NCBI GenBank assembly: GCA_002269645.1
Contig: NIVC01002540.1
Coordinates: 1 to 64,000 of the forward strand
Direction: 5' to 3'
Origin: Macrostomum lignano
Lineage: Eukaryota
Length of the DNA stretch: 64,000 nt
Notes under the pieces: generated by a model
Databases searched by the model: none
What the model was told of the DNA's origin: nothing
Seen by the model: only the letters and a program-made list of their open reading frames with translations
In this document: one piece after another, positions 9,832 through 22,100 of the stretch
Layout of the letters: each line of letters begins with the position of its first letter
How positions within the stretch are numbered: position 1 is the stretch's first letter
Made by a program: the position numbers and the translations under genes

Positions 9832-12668
9832 GGCTGTCTATGGTAGCCTTCCGTGATAAACGGGTGTCTATGGTAGCTGTCCGTGACAAACGGGTGTCTA
9901 TGGTAGCCTTCCGTGACAAACGGTTGTCTATGGTAGCCTTCCGTGACAAACGGGTGTCTATGGTAGCCTTCCGTGACAAACGGGTGTCTATGGTAGCCTT
10001 CCGTGACAAACGGGTGTCTATGGTAGCTGTCCGTGACAAACGGGTGTCTATGGTAGCCTTCCGTGACAAACGGTTGTCTATGGTAGCCTTCCGTGACAAA
10101 CGGGTGTCTATGGTAGCTGTCCGTGACAAACGGGTGTCTATGGTAGCCTTCCGTGACAAACGGGTGTCTATGGTAGCCTTCCGTGACAAACGGTGTCTAT
10201 GGTAGCCTTCCGTGACAAACGGGTGTCTATGGTAGCCTTCCGTGATAAACGGGTGTCTATGGTAGCCTTCCGTGACAAACGGGTGTCTATGGTAGCTGTC
10301 CGTGACAAACGGGTGTCTATGGTAGCCTTCCGTGACAAACGGTTGTCTATGGTAGCCTTCCGTGACAAACGGGTGTCTATGGTAGCCTTCCGTGACAAAC
10401 GGGTGTCTATGGTAGCCTTCCGTGACAAACGGGTGTCTATGGTAGCTGTCCGTGACAAACGGTGTCTATGGTAGCCTTCCGTGACAAACGGGTGTCTATG
10501 GTAGCTGTCCGTGACAAACGGGTGTCTATGGTAGCTGTCCGTGACAAACGGCTGTCTATGGTAGCCTTCCGTGACAAACGGGTGTCTATGGTAGCCTTCC
10601 GTGACAAACGGGTGTCTATGGTAGCTGTCCGTGACAAACGGGTGTCTATGGTAGCCTTCCGTGACAAACGGGTGTCTATGGTAGCCTTCCGTGACAAACG
10701 GGTGTCTATGGTAGCCTTCCGTGACAAACGGGTGTCTATGGTAGCCTTCCGTGACAAACGGGTGTCTATGGTAGCCTTCCGTGACAAACGGTGTCTATGG
10801 TAGCCTTCCGTGACAAACGGGTGTCTATGGTAGCCTTCCGTGACAAACGGGTGTCTATGGTAGCCTTCCGTGACAAACGGTTGTCTATGGTAGCCTTCCG
10901 TGACAAACGGGTGTCTATGGTAGCCTTCCGTGACAAACGGGTGTCTATGGTAGCCTTCCGTGACAAACGGGTGTCTATGGTAGCCTTCCGTGACAAACGG
11001 TTGTCTATGGTAGCCTTCCGTGACAAACGGTTGTCTATGGTAGCCTTCCGTGACAAACGGTTGTCTATGGTAGCCTTCCGTGACAAACGGGTGTCTATGG
11101 TAGCCTTCCGTGACAAACGGGTGTCTATGGTAGCCTTCCGTGACAAACGGGTGTCTATGGTAGCCTTCCGTGACAAACGGTTGTCTATGGTAGCCTTCCG
11201 TGACAAACGGGTGTCTATGGTAGCCTTCCGTGACAAACGGGTGTCTATGGTAGCCTTCCGTGACAAACGGGTGTCTATGGTAGCTTTCCGTGACAAACGA
11301 GTGTCTATGGTAGCCTTCCGTGACAAACGGGTGTCTATGGTAGCCTTCCGTGACAAACGGTTGTCTATGGTAGCCTTCCGTGACAAACGGGTGTCTATGG
11401 TAGCCTTCCGTGACAAACGGGTGTCCATGGTAGCCTTCCGTGACAAACGGTTGTCTATGGTAGCTGTCTGTGACAAACGGGTGTCTATGGTAGCCTTCCG
11501 TGACAAACGGTTGTCTATGGTAGCTGTCCGTGACAAACGGGTGTCTATGGTAGCCTTCCGTGACAAACGGGTGTCTATGGTAGCCTTCCGTGACAAACGG
11601 GTGTCCATGGTAGCCTTCCGTGACAAACGGGTGTCTATGGTAGCTTTCCGTGACAAACGAGTGTCTATGGTAGCCTTCCGTGACAAACGGGTGTCTATGG
11701 TAGCCTTCCGTGACAAACGGTTGTCTATGGTAGCCTTCCGTGACAAACGGGTGTCTATGGTAGCCTTCCGTGACAAACGGGTGTCCATGGTAGCCTTCCG
11801 TGACAAACGGTTGTCTATGGTAGCTGTCTGTGACAAACGGGTGTCTATGGTAGCCTTCCGTGACAAACGGTTGTCTATGGTAGCTGTCCGTGACAAACGG
11901 GTGTCTATGGTAGCCTTCCGTGACAAACGGGTGTCTATGGTAGCCTTCCGTGACAAACGGGTGTCCATGGTAGCCTTCCGTGACAAACGGTTGTCTATGG
12001 TAGCTGTCTGTGACAAACGGTTGTCTATGGTAGCCTTCCGTGACAAACGGTTGCAAACGGTTGTCTATGGTAGCCTTCCGTGACAAACGGTTGCAAACGG
12101 TTGTCTATGGTAGCCTTCCGTGACAAACGGGTGTCTATGGTAGCCTTCCGTGACAAACGGGTGTCTATGGTAGCTGTCTGTGACAAACGGTTGTCTATGG
12201 TAGCCTTCCGTGACAAACGGTTGTCTATGGTAGCCTTCCGTGACAAACGGTTGTCTATGGTAGCCTTCCGTGACAAACGGTTGTCTATGGTAGCCTTCCG
12301 TGACAAACGGTTGCAAACGGTTGTCTATGGTAGCCTTCCGTGACAAACGGTTGCAAACGGTTGTCTATGGTAGCCTTCCGTGACAAACGGGTGTCTATGG
12401 TAGCCTTCCGTGACAAACGGGTGTCCATGGTAGCCTTCCGTGACAAACGGTTGCAAACGGTTGTCTATGGTAGCCTTCCGTGACAAACGGTTGCAAACGG
12501 TTGTCTATGGTAGCCTTCCGTGACAAACGGGTGTCTATGGTAGCCTTCCGTGACAAACGGGTGTCCATGGTAGCCTTCCGTGACAAACGGTTGCAAACGG
12601 TTGTCTATGGTAGCCTTCCGTGACAAACGGTTGCAAACGGGTGTCTATGGTAGCTGTCTGTGACAAAC
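9832..12668. repeat. 30-bp tandem minisatellite, ~95 copies
   Basis: Unit GTGTCTATGGTAGCCTTCCGTGACAAACGG with recurrent variants (GCTGTC, TTGTCT, GTCCAT) and a 10-bp TTGCAAACGG insertion in distal copies. Confidence 0.97.
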
Positions 12669-12759
12669 CTGTGTTTATGGTGTGTTCAACTGTTTGGCTT
12701 AGGCGCAGGTAGAGTTCGTCAGCAGCTTTATTTTTACGCAGCCGTCGTTGCTGACAACG

Positions 12760-13900
12760 TTTGCTCCAGGGTTGGCTGAGCAGCCGACGCCGGAGCAGAA
12801 GGAGCCGCGCCGCCGACAGCCTGAGAATACCAGCTACCGGCTCCGCCGCCGCTGAAGCCGCCGCCGTTGAAGCCGCCGCCGCTGAAGCCGCTGCCGCCTC
12901 TGGCAGCGCATTTATGATGGCCGCCGCCTTCGCCGAAGCCTTCGATGGCGCCCTTATTGCCGTGTCCGGCGACACCGCCGATCCAGCCTTCGTTGATGCC
13001 GCCTCCACGATCGCCGTAGCACGTGATGGTCCTGGCGTTGGGGACTCCCAGCCAGGCGGCTCCCAGGCCGCCCCTGCATGTCATTGTGGACGGTCCGTAG
13101 CTCCCGGACTGTCCGTTCGCACCGCCATAGCCGATTAATAAGGCGTTGCCGATGGAGTCGGTTCCGTTCAGACCAGCTGATCCGTTGACACATGTACCAA
13201 GCACATCGTAATTAATGAGCTCAGATCACGCTTGTGGAGTGCCGTTTTTCACTTGTTTTAGAAATGATGCAAAAAGGGCCTGAATATAAGTTCCATGCCA
13301 GTCTTTCTCGTGAGCGCATGTGTTTGACTGGATTTTAATTTACCGCTTTCAAATATCATCTACGCGTTTTGAGTGGCGTCGCCGCCCCGCTGTCCGATCA
13401 CCAGGCTGAGCTGCATTCCCGCCGTCAGGTTGAAGCTGCCTCCGATGCGGGCCCCGAATCCGCCGGTGTAGACGGGGCTGAAGGCCGGGTTGGTGCTGCC
13501 GCCTCTGGCTCCGAGCGCCTCCATGCGGTAGCAGCCGGTCTCGTTCACCGCAACGTAGATAATTTTGCCAGTTCTGCCCATGCCGGAGCCTGATGAATGG
13601 GTAGTTTAGTGGCACACGGGTTTCTTAGATGCTCAATCATCTGAGTAAGCAGCCACAGATATACTTGAGTATTCGTACTATAAATTACAGTTGCGACACG
13701 GGCAGAAGCAACGGCGATCGTGTCTGCCATCAGTTCGGCCTGTAGAACTCGTTGATTTGCATTCGCAGCAAGTTCTCTGCTCCGCCAGCAGTCAGCCGCG
13801 GCCGAGGCAGCCGCAGGCAGAAGCCACAAGAGCTGGCAGTCCCCAACTGGCGGAGTTGTGCATCAGAGCGTCCCAGCAGTTGGAGCATCCAAAAAGCTTA
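12760..13900 (-). pseudogene. Degenerate third PAN/glycine-rich domain paralogue
   Basis: Fragments VNETGCYRMEALGARGGSTNPAFS...LVIGQRGGDATQ (13377-13549) and CVNGSAGLNGTDSIG...GGFSGGGAGSWY (12790-13190). The GRD is truncated after DATQ and several Gly motifs have decayed. A weak PAN-like remnant (VGDCQLLWLL...AADCWRSR) lies at ~13690-13900. Confidence 0.65.
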
Positions 13901-14780
13901 CCAAAAATCAAAATAATCATAAAAATCATTTAGAGCCTTCTGACTCCAAATAATTGTTAGTATGCTTCAGCTAGGCTCGCGTAATGGTTTCTATAATATT
14001 GCCACGGAAAAGCTACGGAAGATGCAACAGCTCAAACCTTCATGGAGCTGGCTGTCTTTATAGCAGAGAAATTCGCAGCTGTGGCCAGAACACACACAGC
14101 TCTGCAGCATACAGAGTAACCGAATATTGAAAACATGAAATCGCTCAAGAACGCTCAAGATTCCGACTTCAGCATTAGGTGTCTAGAATGCGAAAGATGG
14201 AGAGCATCATCGAAGAGAAAAATTCACTCCCCTCCTCTGTGGAATAGATTTCTCGCGACTGGCAGCTGAGCGCTCAGGAGCAATGCTCAGATGAGGCGAA
14301 ACAGCTGCTGGAGCGAGCGTAGCATGAAGTTTGACTAGCTGAGCCCAGCTCACCCAACCGCAGCCAGCGTTGGAACATACTTCAAGACTGGTTAGACAGT
14401 CTTTAACAGCATAGCAACCGACAGCAACCTACCTGTTAGTTAATGTCAATTTTCTGCTTTAGTTTCTGCTTCAGCGACTCTGCCAACAAGAGCAACTACC
14501 TGCTGAGAGATGCCTAGGTGAGTCTTGCAACCGTGAACCGTAACGCGATGCTGAGTAAGTTGAATGAGGCCAACTTATTGGAGAAATTTTTTTGTGAGTA
14601 GCGTCTGCCGGTCCGTGTCAGTTGGAAATGAATTAAAGCCTTCATGATTCCATTGAGACAAACCCATGCCGGATTTTAATTTTATTTATTCTGTTATTAT
14701 TACTATTGCTAGTCAAAAGAAACACAGCTCCTTTGCGGCAATGCTTGTAGAAACATCAGATCTAGACAATCTCAAGCAGG

Positions 14781-15707
14781 AAGATGAGGATGAGGATGAA
14801 GATGGGATGAGGATGAGAATGAAGATGAGGATGAGGATGAAGATGAGGATGAGGATGAAGATAAAGATGAGGATGAGATTGGGGATGAGGATGAGGATGA
14901 GGATGAGGATAAGAATGAGGATGAGGATAAAAATGAAGATGAGGATGAAGATGAGAATGAGAATGGGGATGAGAATAAGGATGAGGATGAGGATAAAAAT
15001 GAAGATGAGGATGAGGATGAGAATGAGAATGGGGATGAGAATAAGGATGAGGATGAGGATAAAAATGAAGATGAGGATGAGGATGAGGATGAGGATGAGA
15101 ATGAGAATGAGGATGAAAATGAAGATGAGGATGAGGATGAGGATGAGAATGGGGATGAGAATAAGGATGAGGATGAGGATAAAAATGAAGATGAGGATGA
15201 GGATGAGGATGAGAATGGGGATGAGAATAAGGATGAGGATGAGGATAAAAATGAAGATGAGGATGAGGATGAGAATGAGAATGGGGATGAGAATAAGGAT
15301 GAGGATGAGGATAAAAATGAAGATGAGGATGAGGATGAGGATGAGGATGAGAATGAGAATGAGGATGAAAATGAAGATGAGGATGAGGATGAGGATGAGG
15401 ATGAGAATGAGAATGAGGATGAAAATGAAGATGAGGATGAGGATGAGGATGAGAATGGGGATGAGAATAGGATGAGGATGAGGATAAAAATGAAGATGAG
15501 GATGAGGATGAGGATGAGAATGGGGATGAGAATAAGGATGAGGATGAGGATAAAAATGAAGATGAGGATGAGGATGAGAATGAGAATGGGGATGAGAATA
15601 AGGATGAGGATGAGGATAAAAATGAAGATGAGGATGAGGATGAGGATGAGGATGAGAATGAGAATGAGGATGAAAATGAAGATGAAGATGAGGATGAGAA
15701 TGAGGAT
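14781..15707. repeat. (GATGAG)n-derived microsatellite with higher-order units
   Basis: Purine-rich GATGAG/GATGAA/AATGAG hexamers with a recurring GAGAATGGGGATGAGAATAAGGATGAGGATGAGGATAAAAATGAA block. Confidence 0.95.
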
Positions 15708-17150
15708 GGAAAACGAAAAGACGAAAAAGCGCAATTAAACGACCATTAACTACTGGAGAAAAGTAATTAAGAAAGACAGGAGACGAGCCGGACAACATTG
15801 AACAGATAGCGCGGGACCGAAAATCATGGAAGTCAGTAATCAAGGCAAGAATGGACTACCTAAGAAAATGGGAAGGGTCGAAAGCTGCGGATAAGGGTGG
15901 TTGTCGACACAGCGGGGAGGCGAGGATCGCCCATTCCGCTAGCCCCTGGAGGCCCGCAGACAGGCAGAGGCGTGGGGCCGGTCAGGGTGGTCCGCCGGTC
16001 CGTCCGGCAGCGGGATCTTCCGTGGAGAAGAAAGTGGCTCGTCTTGTCGCCCGAAGGAACTGGATGAGATTAGATAGTTGCTCCGTCAAAAAATTGTCAG
16101 GGGGGGATTCCCCCCCCCTTGGTAGGTTGACGGCAGAAAACTGAAAAATGGCTTGGTATTCCTACTGTTATGCTATTGCATACCTACTAATAGGAGCATA
16201 TACTGAACGAGTGCTCTACATTAAATTCGTGCCAGGTGGTAAAGGTTTAAACGAAATTGTTTAGTCTTATGGTTTGAATTTGTTGGCACTGAACAGAAAT
16301 TTCCCTATTGAATAGTATAGCATTTTCCACTAAGATCGTCAGGAAGCTTCCAGATCGGAATCAATTCCCGGGTCGGACGGGCAAGGCGAAGATTGGCCTA
16401 AAAAGTATTTGCTGTTTGTGAAAGCTTCTGTCTCGCAGTTCCTGACTCATTGCCGCGTTAGTTGCTACGGGAGGGGCAAAACTTGTCAGGAAAGCCCAGC
16501 GGAACTCAAAGCTTTGGCTCCCATATTCCTCGACAAGGCGTGACAGGCAGGCAGCTTTATCAATGCTGACTCCAAATTTCCCGTTTCACCCCCAGTCTGG
16601 AAGCGCAGGATGTGGGACTCCAGTCGCAGACAAGGCACTTCAAACTTGCCATCCGGAAATGTGCAGCGTTTTCTCCTCCGTCACGGCGCGGGCGGGGCGG
16701 CAGGCCATGCAATATGCAGCAGCGGCGCAACGGGTCCAGCAAGGCCTGAAGAAGTGCTGGGCCTGAATTATTCACTGCAGCGGAAGCAGCAAGGACAGGG
16801 TGGCGACAGGGAGGGACATGAAGAGGAGGGGGGGAGGAGCGAACCCCACTGACTGGTCAAAACAATGGAGGGGAATTGAGCTGCCTGGGGGATGGGGCTT
16901 AAAAAGCTTAAAAAGCTTCTGTAGAGATGCCCCTGGAAAACTAGGATTGCAGCGCCACAGAGGTGCAGCTAATGAGCAGTGGGAAGTTGTCCGGCCGCCG
17001 CCGACCTCCCCAAACTCTCTCCTTTCCAGCGCTTCTGTTAGCCCTTCACGGCCCCATCTATCCTGCTGGCCTGATATAAAACAGCTGTTTCCAGGGCCGA
17101 CTGAGTTAGGAGCGACGCCCGTTTTCCGCTGCAGCTCCTCCGCTCTCAAA

Positions 17151-18302
17151 ATGTTTCCATCAGCGGACGGCGGCGGCGGCTTCACCCAGCAGCAGCAGAT
17201 TCACCGCTACAGCTTGCAGCCGCCGCAGCCGCCGAGGCCGCTGAGCTACCGCGAGCAAAAGGCGGAGAAAACCAACCAGTCGGAGGGCCAGAGGCTGGAA
17301 ACGCGGCTCAGGGTGATGGAGAAAGAGCGCGAGCACAAACGCCATGTCGGGTCAGTAGAGAAGCGGAAGGTGCTTCGTCAGGTAGAGGAGATTCACCGAA
17401 CTACCGGCTACAGCCCGCTGGGCGTTCGACCGGAGCGCGGCGACCAGGTGCTGCGCGAGTCCGCCTACTTCACCTCGGGCCGGAAGCTGAGCGAGAAAGC
17501 GCTCGGGCGATGGAAGCTGCACGAGGCGTCGGCGGAGAGGGCGCTGCGCCTCACCGGGGCGGAGGTGCGCCAACGTCAGGACCAGCAGGATGCCCTCAAC
17601 CACCTGCTGCTTGAGCTCGGCGTCATCGAGCGGCGCCGGCCAACGCTGGCCGCCTCCTCGGACGCGGCACCGTCCAGGCGTCTTCACAGTCGGTCACAGT
17701 CGACGCCGCCTGTCACCGGGAGCGACAACAGCGGAAGCGGCATTGGCAACGGCGTTTGGCAGGCACGAGCGGCCGCCAGGGCGGAAGCCGCGGCAGCCTC
17801 GGCGGCTGTGGCGGCAGAGGCGCCCAGCAACAGCCGGATGGTCCGGGCGGACGCGGTGGCCGCGCTGAGCCGCCTGGCGGACAAGCAGAGCCGGATGTTC
17901 AACCAGAGCGGCGAGCTGCTGCGCAAGGCCACCATTGGCGCGGGCGGTCGCAGCGCCTCGGCGTCAGCTGCTGCGGCGCCTCTGCCTGCCGCATCGGCTG
18001 CCAAAAAGGATGCCGACAATGATTCCGACACTGTTCAGTCAGACGATGATGACAGCCAGGACCTCGCTGAAGGAGCCGACGAGGAGGACGCTGCTGAGTC
18101 AGGTCCACAGTGGAAACGGCAGCTCAGATGCGAGGCGCCGCCTGGGTTGCACGAGCCGAGACGGCGGGCGGCCCGGGTGCAGCTGGCCGTGTCCCGGGCC
18201 AGCCTGAGGCAGCAGCTGCGGGACCTGGTGGCCAGCCAGAACCGCCCGGGTGACCTGAGGCTGCCGACCATGCGGGTGGTGCGCCGGTCCATGACAGAGT
18301 AG
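17151..18302 (+). CDS. Uncharacterised basic/coiled-coil, Ala-rich protein (~383 aa; start uncertain)
   Basis: GC-rich coding-like ORF. The ATG at 17151 follows a pyrimidine tract/CAG. Contains a helical charged segment EGQRLETRLRVMEKEREHKRH...KRKVLRQVEEI and an acidic DADNDSD...EEDAAE patch. No family recognised. Confidence 0.6.
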   Translation: MFPSADGGGGFTQQQQIHRYSLQPPQPPRPLSYREQKAEKTNQSEGQRLETRLRVMEKEREHKRHVGSVEKRKVLRQVEEIHRTTGYSPLGVRPERGDQVLRESAYFTSGRKLSEKALGRWKLHEASAERALRLTGAEVRQRQDQQDALNHLLLELGVIERRRPTLAASSDAAPSRRLHSRSQSTPPVTGSDNSGSGIGNGVWQARAAARAEAAAASAAVAAEAPSNSRMVRADAVAALSRLADKQSRMFNQSGELLRKATIGAGGRSASASAAAAPLPAASAAKKDADNDSDTVQSDDDDSQDLAEGADEEDAAESGPQWKRQLRCEAPPGLHEPRRRAARVQLAVSRASLRQQLRDLVASQNRPGDLRLPTMRVVRRSMTE

Positions 18303-19197
18303 CGCCCGGAATGTTGATAACTTAATTCTCAAATCTTGCACAAGCTGACAGTCTTTTATGCCCAGATTGTCCTTCAGATTGTCTTTGGCACTCCTCATTG
18401 CTCTTTTTCCCGGTTGCAGCTGCCTTACCAGCCAATTAGATTGTTTGAACTATTTACTTATCTAGGTTCCCCAAGCTCTTCAGATACTTGATAACGTAAC
18501 TGTCTCACTCCGCCATGCAGCCAATCAGATTGCTCACAAGATGCCTTAATGACGTCACTGTCTCAAGCACTCCGCCAGCCAATCAGATTGTTCACAAGAT
18601 GCCCTAATGACGTCACTGTCTCAAGCACTCCGCCAGCCAATCATATTGTTCACAAGATGCCCCAGCATCCATGTTTTTGCCTGAGTGTAGACACCATTAG
18701 CATTTTCCTACTGTCGATGGTTGAAATTTGATACCCTCATACTGGTAAAGCCAGGTATTGACTGACCAATTAAGCCTTGTTTCACAAGAAGACACGGAAT
18801 AATGCGTAACTGCCTAACAGAAACATTCTCCTTCTTGCTTTTGCCTTTGTCTACCTAAGAACCCTGCAAACGGACTCGCTGCTCACTGCACTTCCTTAAT
18901 CCCGAGCTTACTTCAGATTTTGTACTTTGTTTACACTGAGACTGCCTTGCTCATGAAATAGAAGCACTCCAAGTGTGATTGCAATTACTGGCAAGTTCGC
19001 TAGTCTCCATCGATCGGACAATCAAATCTGCTGTGAATTATTCAACTCAATTTTTGTGAGAGCAACTTCGCCTGATGGCAGTTTGAGTAGAAAAATCCCA
19101 TAAACTTGCTTCAAGTTGAAGCCAAGAAGAGAAGACGGGCAGTTTTTGAGGATAAATTCCAAAAAACTTTCATGAAGTCAGTCCTTGAGATTTGAAC

Positions 19198-22100
19198 TCA
19201 TTTTTTAGCTATGTGGTTTATATTTCTCGGTCTCTCAATCGCTGGCTCAGATCCAGGACTACTGCTACAGGCTGGTGACGAACAGAGTTGGTGGTGGCCT
19301 GCCCAGCCTCGTTGACAGCTGCTGCAGCTGACGCTGCCTCTTTGGAACTCGCTGCCCGTGTTGCGGAGCTCGCCAGCTTCCCTGCCCTGGCGTTGCTGCT
19401 GTTGATGCTTTTGTGAACTTTGTTGCTGCTGTTGCTGTTGAGAATGCTGCCCTTGTGGTGTTTTCTGCTGTTGTTTTTGAGCATGGTACTGTTTCTTTAT
19501 CCCTGTTTGACAGCTCCCTGAGTCCAATCCATTAGGTGCAGTTGTCTCCGTTAAACACCTGCAGGAACGTGAAGTGAAGGCTAGAAAGTACATGATTTTA
19601 ATGCAACCGACCTTTCACGCATCTATCGCCTTGCTAGCTTGGCCCGTCCAAGCGATCTATTGCGCTGTCAGGCAACTTATATAATACAGTTTAATTGCTG
19701 CATCATGAGGCTGCAAAACACAGAACTACAGTTTTTCAAGCTAGTAAAATAGGGGCTAAACAGGTAACACCGCTATAAACAGATATTTCCACTTCTCAGC
19801 CAGACGTTTGCCAGCCTAATAAAAATTGCACCCATGCAGTATCGATTAATCTTTGGTTTTGAACATGTTCACTCTCGCCATGGCGTGAACTGTCGAACTT
19901 TATTCGGAACAGACAGTAAATGCATGCATGTACTTGCACTCGCCTTGTGCCGAACTGTTGCTGAAGGCTCCCGGCCGCAGAGCTGGCCTGAAATTTCGGG
20001 CTTGCAGGGCTGCATCCGCCCTTGCAGTTGCACCGGCGCTGGAGCACCTGGGCGAGCAGACCGGACAGTCGGCGTTGAAACTTTCCAGCCTCCGAGCTGA
20101 AGTAGCGCTGCTCCTCCATCAGCAGCAGTTCGTCCTGCTCACCAATGTTGTGCTCAACGAAATCGGCGCCCAGAATCTCCTCTCGTATCGACATGCGGAC
20201 CCCCATGGTCACTTTCAGAAGCTGAAGGAGATGGGCGACCGTTGATTCTCAGCTAAGATCCTCAGCACTGAGACAAGATCCTCAGCCCTTAACCCTAATG
20301 CTCAGCCGTCCTGCCAGACTGCCAGAAACCACAATCAGATAAAAGAATCCAAATTGACAGAAGCCGCTCACCCCCAGCGACAAGAAAGTGATGACGGCAC
20401 TCCAGCACCCGATGCACAGGCAGGTGAGCAGCTGCACGCCCAGCAGTCTGAGTCCACCGCCGTGGAACAGGCCAATCTGCCCATTGTTCATGTTCTCCAC
20501 TGTGTCAGTGTCTACAAACAGGCCGCAAGCCAGCATGCCCTGACCAGGACAGGTAGCATGGAGGCAAATTCTTGGACTCAAGAAAAGATAATTTAATTAC
20601 TTACAGAAAAACCATCACACTGGCTGAACTCATATTCCCACTCACTTCAATGAAGTACGTTGAAAAGACAGCAAAAGTGTTACAGCCCATAACACAAGGC
20701 AAAAAAACGCACCAACTAAATCCATGGCAACACAATCCACAGCAGCACAACCCACAGCAGCAGCACAACCCACAGCAGCAGCACAACCCACAGCTACAGC
20801 ACAACCCACAGCAGCAGCACAACCCACAGCAGCAGCACAACCCACAGCTACAGCACAACCCACAGCAGCAGCACAACCCACAGCAGCAGCACAACCCACA
20901 GCTACAGCACAACCCACAGCAGCAGCACAACCCACAGCAGCAGCACAACCCACAGCAGCAGCACAACCCACAGCAGCAGCACAACCCACAGCAGCAGCAC
21001 AACCCACAGCAGCAACACAACCCACAGCAGCAGCACAACCCACAGCAGCAGCACAACCCACAGCAGCAGCACAGGTCAAAACAGCAGCAGCACAACCCAC
21101 AGCAGCAGCACAGCCCAACAGCAGCAGCACAACCCACAGCAGCACAACCCACAGCAGCACAACCCACAGCAGCACAACCCACAGCTACAGCACAACCCAC
21201 AGCTACAGCACAACCCACAGCAGCAACACAACCCACAGCAGCAGCACAACCCACAGCAGCAGCACAACCCACAGCAGCAGCACAGGTCAAAACAGCAGCA
21301 GCACAACCCACAGCAGCAACACAACCCACAGCAGCAGCACAGCCCAACGCACCCACAGCCCGCCGAATCCGTGCACCGGGATGGCCGCTACGGGGTCGTC
21401 CAAGCGGATTTTGTCCAACAGAGGCTCCGCTAGCACAACAATGAGGCCGCCTATCAGGCCGATGATGAGGGCCTCCCAGGGCCGGACAATTGAGCAGCTT
21501 GCTGTAATTGTGACGATCGAACTCAACTGAGCAGGAGCAGAGTGGGGAAGCTTCTCAAATTACGGAGTAGATCACAGAACTCACCGGTGACGGAGACCAG
21601 CCCAGCCAGAACGGAGTTCACGATGTCGTTTATCTCGAACTTGCCTTTGTTCATGAGAAACCTATTGTTGTGGGTTTAAACTTCTCGGCAATCAGATATA
21701 CTAATGCATAGAAATGCCACCTAAAAAATCAAAACTGATCAACTTACGTGAAGCAGATTCCACTGAGCCCCCCACCCATGGAAGCATTTAGTGTGGTCAC
21801 AGCGGCCCTACAATTAGGAGAAAGTTATTGGCACTTTACCAATCAGCAATGTCACATCATTACTGACACTTTACCTATCAGCAATGTCACATCATCACCG
21901 ACACTTTACCAATCAGCAATGTCACATCATTACTGACACTTTACCAATCAGCAATGTCACATCACTACCGAAACTTTACCAATCAGCAATGTCACATCAT
22001 TACCGACACTCTACCAATCAGCAATGTCACATCATTACCGACACTTTATTAATCAGCAATGTCACATCATTACTGGCACTTTACCAATCAGCAATGTCAC

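Noticed and set aside
9669-12586. Long ORFs such as (MVAFRDKRVS)n, (SRKATIDTRL)n and (PFVTEGYHRH)n
   Set aside because: By-products of a stop-poor 30-bp unit; open on both strands with no unique coding flanks.
14000-14560. Possible decayed coding sequence on +
   Set aside because: Multiple stops and no identifiable homology.
14666-15843. (MR)n, (IL)n and poly-Ser ORFs
   Set aside because: Alternative frames of the GATGAG microsatellite.
20572-21530. Mucin-like (AQPTAA)n, (QQHNPQ)n and poly-Cys ORFs
   Set aside because: The array lies inside an Amt intron bounded by canonical splice sites that join conserved Amt sequence in frame.
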